Source: Paraspadella gotoi (lineage: Eukaryota > Animalia > Chaetognatha). Taken from it: a DNA stretch of 5,638 nt. How positions within the stretch are numbered: the stretch's first letter is position 1; each line of letters starts with the position of its first letter. Made by a program: the position numbers and the translations under genes. Shown here piece after piece: positions 1-5,638 of the stretch. The notes below the pieces were generated by a model. It saw nothing but the letters and a program-made list of their open reading frames with translations, had not been told where the DNA came from and searched no databases. The stretch covers positions 1 to 5,638 of the forward strand of contig JBJCIZ010000696.1 of the NCBI GenBank assembly GCA_051294375.1. Direction: 5' to 3'.

Positions 1-19
1 TCCCGGGTTCGAGACTCGA
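1..19 (+). other. tRNA T-arm / Pol III B-box-like motif at the window edge (possible tRNA-derived SINE head or tRNA fragment)
   Basis: CGGG-TTCGAGA-CTCG (4-18) forms a 4 bp stem with one G-T pair and a 7 nt TTCGANN loop. GGTTCGAGACT resembles the B-box consensus GGTTCGANNCC. Any A-box would lie outside the window. Confidence 0.35.
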
Positions 20-114
20 TGTTAAGACATTATTTACAAGCTTCCATGGCTCTGTATTAATTATTTTAAATAAAGATTATATTAATTTTATTTCCAAGGG
101 ATTGGAAGCTACAA

Positions 115-165
115 ATTAATTAATCAATAATTAATTAATCAGTCAATCAATCCGTCCATCCGTCC
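115..165. repeat. degenerate tetranucleotide microsatellite (AATT/AATC/CGTC/CATC)
   Basis: The tract reads aatt aatt aatc aat aatt aatt aatc agtc aatc aatc cgtc catc cgtc. Confidence 0.65.
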
Positions 166-217
166 CACCTTAGCAAAAAGCTCCATTAACTCGTGATTGT
201 ATTGTTGGATTGGAAAG

Positions 218-654
218 AAATTTTGTGTGTGGGTAGGAAATGTTGATAAAGCTGGATATAAAGTTTCGACGGAATCGTGTGAGTTTAAGAGGAAAAAACA
301 TAAGTCGCATTTACTAAAATGTTTTTACTTATTTTAACCCAATAAGTACTCTAATTAATCATAATTGGATGGATAGATTGAGTTCAAATTTTTTGTGGTA
401 GAGAAAAGTGGGTTGCTTGATATAAAGTTTCGGTGGAAACATACGAGTGGAAATGAGATTAAATGAAAAAAATATGAGTCACATTTACTTGAATCTTTTT
501 ACTTATTTTAACCCATAATAGATTGAGATGAAATTTTGTGAGCGGGTAGGAAAGTGTGTGAGAAGCTAGATATAAAGTTTTGACGGAATTTGTGCCAGTG
601 GAAATGAGATAATGGAAAAAACATAAGTTACATTTACTTGAATCTTTATTATTT
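218..654. repeat. diverged tandem repeat, 3 units of ~150-165 bp (satellite-like)
   Basis: GATATAAAGTTT occurs at 255, 419 and 569 (spacing 164 and 150). CATTTACT occurs at 308, 482 and 631. TTTTTACTTATTTTAACCCA occurs at 322 and 496. Each unit starts AAATTTT...GGTAG. Confidence 0.85.
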
Positions 655-655
655 A

Positions 656-776
656 TGAGAGAGAGAGAGAGGGGAGAGAAAATGAGCATAGGATCGTCGC
701 AATTGCAAAGAGACGAGAGAGAGAAGAGAGAGCAGAAAAATGAGCATAAGGATCGTTGCAATTGCAAAGAGAGAGA

Positions 777-808
<32 letters not shown>

Positions 809-822
809 AAGAAGAGAGAGAG
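656..822. repeat. interrupted (GA)n microsatellite with two embedded ~35 bp repeat cores
   Basis: GA runs are separated by AAAATGAGCATA(A)GGATCGT(C/T)GCAATTGCAAAGAGA at ~679-713 and ~737-772. Confidence 0.9.
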
Positions 823-952
823 TCCGAAATAAAATTAGCGAATAAAAAAGTTATTTTACTCACTGAATAAAATAATTATAAATACTTACAAAATACATAA
901 AATTGATAAAATTATTATTCCAATAACATTGTTAATATCATGCAATATATCA

Positions 953-1109
953 AGTAAGGCGGGCCAAAATTGAACACTTTTTATAACTTCTAGTTCTCTC
1001 AAAAAAATTCCTTTTTTTCCTTCTACTACTAAATCGATTTTCAATGTAAACTTTTTGAATTAGTTCTTTGGTTGTTGCACTGAAGCTTTAAATATTTATT
1101 AATATATAA
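953..1109. repeat. ~155 bp direct repeat, copy 1
   Basis: AGTAAGGCGG..AAAATTGAACACTTTTTATAACTTCTAG..TTGTTGCACTGAAGCTTTAA..TTTATTAATATATAA aligns end to end with 1436-1590. Confidence 0.92.
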
Positions 1110-1425
1110 CAAAGACAAAAAATTTAAAAATTTGATTTTTTTAAGAACGGGTTCTTGTAGAGGCTTAAAAAGTTAAATTTTGACAATAAATTGGTTAAAA
1201 ATAGAAAAAACTTTAAAAAATTATCATCATCATCATTATTGGCTAAAAAAAAGTTGTATTAATAACCTTTAGCTAACTTTTAAAGCTCTATCAGAATCTA
1301 TAAAAAAATTGATAAGCAAAATTTTTTAAAAATTAATTTTCATTTTCCATATTATTTAATAGTCGCTTAAACCATTAACCATTAACATTTGAGAGAATTC
1401 TAGTTTTAAAACCTGTTCCGGCCTA
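954..1425. mobile_element. degenerate non-autonomous foldback / MITE-like element
   Basis: The left end TAAGGCGG..GAACACTTTTTATAACTTCTAGTTCTCTCAAA (955-1003) is an imperfect inverted repeat of TTTGAGAGAATTCTAGTTTTAAAACCTGTTCCGGCCTA (1388-1425), with an exact core 994-1003 vs 1388-1397. A second inverted pair is 1150-1175 vs 1274-1298. TA lies at both ends and there is no coding capacity. Confidence 0.5.
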
Positions 1426-1435
1426 AATATCTTCT

Positions 1436-1590
1436 AGTAAGGCGGACCAAAATTGAACACTTTTTATAACTTCTAGTTTCTCTTTAAAATTTGTTTTTCC
1501 CTTTACTACTAAAATCGATTTCTCAATGTAACTTTGTGATTTAGTTCATTGGGTTGTTGCACTGAAGCTTTAATATTTATTAATATATAA
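1436..1590. repeat. ~155 bp direct repeat, copy 2 (truncated second copy of the 954-1425 element)
   Basis: Aligns with 953-1109; many of the differences are single-base indels. Confidence 0.92.
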
Positions 1591-1600
1591 TAATTAAATA

Positions 1601-1794
1601 AGTTTTGACGGATTGTGCCAGTGGAAATGATTTTAAAAGCAAAAAACTAAATCACATTTACTTGAATCTTATAATATTAATGAATTACTAATAAATGTTT
1701 TAATTAATTATTTAGTTATTAATTAATTATTAATGTGAAAAATGATGCAAGTTAAAAAATCTTGAAAAGCATAGATGCGTCGCAATTGCATAAA

Positions 1795-1836
<42 letters not shown>

Positions 1837-1850
1837 CAAGGAGACATAAA
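1601..1850. repeat. diverged duplicate of ~577-835 (satellite tail + GCAATTGCA core + GA tract)
   Basis: AGTTTTGACGGA(A)TT(T)GTGCCAGTGGAAATGA occurs at 577 and 1601. CATTTACTTGAATCTT occurs at 631 and 1655. CGTCGCAATTGCA occurs at 695 and 1778. A GA run follows at 1795-1836. An extra AT-rich stretch sits at ~1679-1760. Confidence 0.8.
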
Positions 1851-1978
1851 ATAAAATAAAGGATATTTGTTTGTTTGATAAAATGTAACAAAACATATTT
1901 AATAATTTCCTAACCCAATTTTAAGGATATCGATGAATGATAGTTAAATATAAATTTAAAATTAATTATTACATATTA

Positions 1979-2032
1979 AAATTAATTAATTAATTAAATT
2001 AAATCGATAATTAATTAATTAATTAATTATCG
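1979..2032. repeat. (TTAA)n microsatellite containing a perfect 28 bp palindrome
   Basis: CGATAATTAATTAATTAATTAATTATCG (2005-2032) equals its own reverse complement. Confidence 0.9.
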
Positions 2033-2078
2033 TGGCAAGATCCGTCATTGTTTGCTCAAACTTGTTTTATTATATTCC

Positions 2079-2310
2079 TATACCGGCCAATGTAAAATGA
2101 TGGCAATATTGCTATTGTTAAGCTTTAAAAAAATCTGATCATAAATATAGAAAAAAATAACCAAAATCTTCGGAAAATCCACCCCTTCTTTGGAAGATTT
2201 TCTTCATAGAAGATTTTTCCCGATTCTGATTCCCGGTTGAAAACTCTTAGAATTCTGATTGTTAGCTCGTCTTTTACTTTTACTTTAAATAAAAATTTCA
2301 CCAAAATGGA
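2079..2310. repeat. ~232 bp direct repeat, copy 1
   Basis: TATACCGGCCAATGT...TTTCACCAAAATGGA aligns with 2791-3021 at an offset of 712/711, with about 19 differences by manual count (~92% identity). Confidence 0.96.
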
Positions 2311-2790
2311 CTAATTCATTTTACCATGATCAGATCATAATAAAATAACAAAATAAAATGTAAAGAAAAATTTTGAGAGACCTTCAGACATATGGCTATC
2401 GGATTCCTGAATTTGAAGTTTATTGTAAAATCACAACATATGTTAAATGCGTTGACATTGTATTGAAGTTGAGAAATCCCTTTATTTTATATATAAAAAT
2501 TGCCTCAAAAATATTTTCCCGAGCGGACCAGTTCATTTGAATCTTATGGTTTGATGTCAAAATCAGAGATGTGGACGCGATCCGGAAAGCGTAAGCGAAC
2601 ACTGTGGAAGCAGCCGATTTTTGAAGAACCCGAAACCGGGAGCGATAGAAAAATTTAGAATAAAGGATTGAACCCGGAAGCTATAATAACCCTGCATGTT
2701 CTCTTCCTGGTCATTTGTTTTTATTGGTTAGAAATGAAAGGTTAGGACTAAGATCTGATGAAAAAAGCCAGAGGTTTTTTAAAGTTTTCT

Positions 2791-3021
2791 TATACTGGCC
2801 AATGTAGAATGATGGCAATATTGCTATTGTTAAGTTTCAAAAAAATCCGACCATAAATATAGAAAATATTAACCAAAATCTTTGGAAAATCCACCCCTTC
2901 TTTGGAAGATTTTTGTCATAGAAGATTTTTCCCGAATCTGACTCCTGGTTAAAAACTCTTAGAATTCCGATCTTAGCTCCTCTTTTACTTTTACTTTAAA
3001 TAAAAATTTCACCAAAATGGA
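2791..3021. repeat. ~232 bp direct repeat, copy 2
   Basis: TATACTGGCCAATGT...TTTCACCAAAATGGA aligns with 2079-2310. Confidence 0.96.
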
Positions 3022-3074
3022 AGTAGGTGCAATAGGCATCATCAATCCCGAATAGTACATACAAATCACGATTC

Positions 3075-3300
3075 GAGCTGTCAAACGCGCGCGAGAGACA
3101 AATCACCGCAGCGGTTCTATCCCCCGCGTGAACAGACATTTCGGGATGAGAGAGAGAGAGAGAGAGAGAGAGACACAATATACCAACGTCTGTTCTATCC
3201 CGGCTTGAACATACAAGCGGAACCACCGATGTTCCTACTTTTTTACGGCTTAAAGCCGCGGCGCCCCATATTTCAAATCTCGTCAACCCGTTGACAGCTC
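3075..3300. mobile_element. possible small element bounded by 10 bp inverted repeats
   Basis: GAGCTGTCAA (3075-3084) and TTGACAGCTC (3291-3300) are exact reverse complements. The interior holds a duplicated motif and a GA tract. No target-site duplication is visible. Confidence 0.3.
3148..3173. repeat. (GA)13 microsatellite
   Basis: Uninterrupted GA run. Confidence 0.95.
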
Positions 3301-3355
3301 CTAGCCAGAGGCAATGTTTACCTCCTGTCGCAGAAGGCACGCGTCCCCATAAAAA

Positions 3356-3536
3356 CTTTTCTTTTTCACGTTTCTGACATTTCGAGATACTTTTTTCGCT
3401 TAATTTTCCACTTCTCCTTGAGGGTGGATGGAGTCGGTTGCGTTCTTCTTTTTTTTTTTTTTTTCGCTTTCACGTCTTTGGAACTTTTTTTTTTTTTCTC
3501 CGACTTTTCTCTCTCTCCTCCTCTCTATTCTTTTTT
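3356..3536 (+). repeat. pyrimidine-rich low-complexity tract with T16 and T13 runs
   Basis: T runs at 3449-3464 and 3485-3497, with a CT repeat at ~3508-3526. Confidence 0.8.
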
Positions 3537-3840
3537 GAATAAATCACGAATATGATTCGATTCATGATCGCGACTTGCTGTTTCGCTCTCTCGGCTCCTC
3601 GTTCCAGTCATCCCAGATGACTAATTATTATTATGACGGTTTATTATCAAACCGAACCACCGGGGCGTCACCGTTTCGACGTTGAGGATGACGCCGTCGT
3701 CTTTCCACGTGCGGCGTTTTCGTCGCCGCGCCGAACAACGCTCGCGCTAAATCGATTGGAGAACAAATTTTTTTATGAGGGTATTCGAATTGGGCAGGCG
3801 GTATAGTCTTTGGGCGAAGGGCTCGGCGTTCGTCTCATAG

Positions 3841-4547
3841 GGCGAAATCTTGACGAACGATCGCTACGACGCCGACGATTCGATGACGGCGGTCCGGTTG
3901 CGCCCGTACGGTGACGTTGGTATGGCCAGTTGCGTCTCGACGGTGGACGACGACGACGAAGATGAGTACCGCGCCGGTGAGGAAGAGTGCCGCAGGCCGT
4001 CGATGCGCTGAGTCCCGCGCCGACGAGAGCGGCGGTGCCGTGGGCGTGGTCGTCGAGCGGCCGCGCCGACGACTACTGCCACGCGCCGACGACCGACGGG
4101 TGCCGCGCCGCCGGACGACGACGCTCTGTGCCATTGTCGCGTCGTCGAAGTGTCTCTTCGGCGACGGACGATGACGGCGGTTCTCTCGGTGAAATGAGGA
4201 CCGGATCGAACGCCGCGGTAGCATCAGTCGCCCCGATGAGAACCGAGGGTAAAAAATATGCGCGGTCTCGCGTCTTTAGGGCAATCGTTATATCGAAAAA
4301 AAATTGTTTCAGTCGTCGGTGGCAGATGGGAGTCCGAAAACGAGCAGCGGAGACGAACTCGATGATGACGAGGTAATCGATGCTAATAGCAATTTTTTTC
4401 TTCTTTTCGTTCGATTGATTAGTTTTTTAATTTTTTAACAGCTGGGGCGATAATTCCCTCCGTTCACTATTAGCGACTATGCGGGAGCGCCTAACGATCA
4501 CCTGTGCTGGGGGTCGTAGGTTTATTTTACGTGGTTATCGTCGGTGA
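3841..4547 (+). CDS. candidate spliced gene or pseudogene; product unknown, frame unresolved
   Basis: GC-rich blocks are separated by AT-rich GT-AG segments (4249-4312, 4373-4441). After CTCATAG (3840) the sequence reads GEILTNDRYDADDSMTAVRLRPYGDVGMASCVSTVDDDDEDEYRAGEEE. Removing 4373-4441 extends ORF 3987-4376 to a stop at 4545-4547. No single frame joins all blocks and I recognise no domain. Confidence 0.3.
4249..4312 (+). other. putative short spliceosomal intron (64 nt)
   Basis: GAGG|GTAAAA...AATTGTTTCAG|TC; lower GC than its flanks. Confidence 0.45.
4373..4441 (+). other. putative short spliceosomal intron (69 nt)
   Basis: GAG|GTAATC...TTTTTTAACAG|CT; very T-rich between GC-rich flanks, and it contains the stop codon of ORF 3987-4376. 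Confidence 0.55.
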
Positions 4548-4895
4548 AGCGGTCGTGGGCGTCGTCCAGGGAGACCCGACTCCTGCCACGCCATCGAGGG
4601 AGTGGTCTCGAGATGACTACGGGCTGCGCGGACGGGGAGGAAGAAATCGGAGTCGAGCGAGGAGGGACTCTCCTCGGACTCTTCCGGCCTCCGTGGGTCG
4701 AGTAACGACGGTTGCCCGCGAGCGAGTGATTCGCGCTTACAAAATCGATTTTAAGACAATTGTAATTTAAACCACCAATTTTGTCAAATCCTTTGGGCGG
4801 CGTCATAAATACGCTGCCCAGTGTCCATTGAGGTCTTTTCGTTCATACACAGGGTTCAGTTCAGAACGCCCCCACCATCCGCATACAGCCGATGT

Positions 4896-4995
4896 GGGGG
4901 GAAACATTTACGGGGGGTTGGAAAGGGTGTGGGAGGGAGGAGGATCAGTCGCTAGTTGGGGGACGGAATTGGGGGGAGGATGAATCGTGCGGGGG
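4896..4995 (+). other. G-rich tract with canonical G-quadruplex motif
   Basis: GGGGGG-TTGGAAA-GGG-TGT-GGG-A-GGG (4912-4937) fits G3+N1-7 x4. Further G5-G6 runs start at 4896, 4958, 4971 and 4991. Confidence 0.7.
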
Positions 4996-5056
4996 CGGAT
5001 GCGCTATTTGACTCCCCCTTCCTGCCTTTTGTGTTGACATCCGCCTCTCGTGCTTT

Positions 5057-5113
5057 CCCATCCCCCTTCGCCCCCCTTTCCCGCCTCCCTCCCCCCCCCC
5101 CCCCCCCCCCCCC
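5057..5113 (-). repeat. C-rich tract ending in C23 (G23, G4-forming on the minus strand)
   Basis: C homopolymer at 5091-5113, preceded by several C3-C6 runs. Confidence 0.9.
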
Positions 5114-5638
5114 TCTTCCACCACATATTACCGAGCGGTGGAGACATATTTGATTGAATCTAGGATTATCTGCTCTCCCACTCCTCTCTTCTTATCTCCC
5201 CTCTTAGACTCGGCTCGTTTTCGGGGATCTCCGTAGTCGGGTCTCAGCCGTTGCCGTTTAGTCCTCTGCTCTTCTCGTTCGTCTTCTCATCCGCGTTCGG
5301 CTTGATGATATATTTTAGCTTTTTTGTGGCACGAGTTTATACGATCGAGATTCTTGTGAAGCTTTTTAAAAATTCGATAAGTTTTAAACACAAATGTAAT
5401 CCTAATACGACTGATTAAGAGAGTATCATTGTATTTATTTGTCCATGTGCAATGCAAACGAATAGAATGTCGTAGGTTTAGTTTCTATGATATTCCGGTA
5501 ATATTGTCGTTTAATTAGTTTCGCTATATGTCTTTGAAATTAAATAAATATATTGTGTGTTGGATATAATTCTCATTAATGTCGCGTTAACTATGGATTA
5601 AGAATAGCCGGAGGGAACCGCAGCATATATCCGTGGAA

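Noticed and set aside
39-110. 8 bp inverted repeat AGCTTCCA / TGGAAGCT
   Set aside because: Too short, with no TSD or convincing extension.
218-822. Repeat-spacer appearance suggesting a CRISPR array
   Set aside because: The intervening sequences are homologous to each other or are microsatellite, unit lengths are wrong, and no cas gene is present.
655-870. ORF of 71 aa (RERERE...) and the antisense ORF 459-863 (SLSLSL...)
   Set aside because: Both are translations of the GA microsatellite and satellite repeat.
2420-2602. 60 aa minus-strand ORF in the core between the direct repeats
   Set aside because: Short, GTG start, AT-rich, with no gag, RT, integrase or transposase motif.
3282-3304. 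Hairpin followed by CTAG resembling a Helitron 3' end
   Set aside because: The stem is only 6 bp, lies too close to CTAG, and the next base is C rather than T.
2996-3340. 114 aa minus-strand ORF
   Set aside because: It crosses a GA microsatellite (LSLSLS) and a repeat boundary, starts at GTG and has no recognisable domain.
3711-3729. GC hairpin GCGGCG-TTTTCGT-CGCCGC as an intrinsic terminator
   Set aside because: No adjacent U tract, the context is eukaryotic-looking, and such stems are expected by chance in CG-rich DNA.
3781-3840. Third possible 60 nt intron GTATTC...CTCATAG
   Set aside because: GC-rich interior without a T-rich tract, and the upstream sequence looks non-coding. Only the acceptor is mildly plausible.
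3835-4224. 129 aa Arg-rich minus-strand ORF with a hydrophobic stretch (AALFLTGAVLIFVVVV)
   Set aside because: Overlapping ORFs in several frames are expected in stop-poor GC-rich DNA. The Val run is the antisense of a GAC repeat, and the splice-like signals point to the + strand. Not fully excluded.
4504-4806. Overlapping ORFs 4504-4770 (+) and 4522-4806 (-)
   Set aside because: No recognisable homology and explained by GC content. The + frame could be part of the candidate gene but cannot be linked to it.
4956-5153. Poly-proline ORF
   Set aside because: Translation of the C23 homopolymer, with a TTG start.

Overview
AT-rich DNA that looks eukaryotic (invertebrate-like), with no operon structure, rRNA, CRISPR array or recognisable protein domain. 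Bases 1-3300 are a patchwork of repeats. These include three diverged ~150-165 bp tandem units (218-654) with a partial fourth copy (1601-1678), GA and TTAA microsatellites, and a degenerate foldback (MITE-like) element at ~954-1425 followed by a truncated second copy (1436-1590). A ~232 bp direct repeat pair (2079-2310, 2791-3021) flanks a 480 bp spacer, and its differences are enriched in CpG/TpG changes. Bases ~3560-4740 form a GC/CpG-rich island interrupted by two short AT-rich GT-AG segments that look like + strand introns, so this may be a spliced gene or pseudogene with an unresolved reading frame. Bases ~4870-5120 are a G-rich/C-rich mirror block with G-quadruplex motifs and a C23 run. 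Most supplied ORFs are low-complexity artefacts. I cannot support a new biological system from this sequence; the findings are structural leads.
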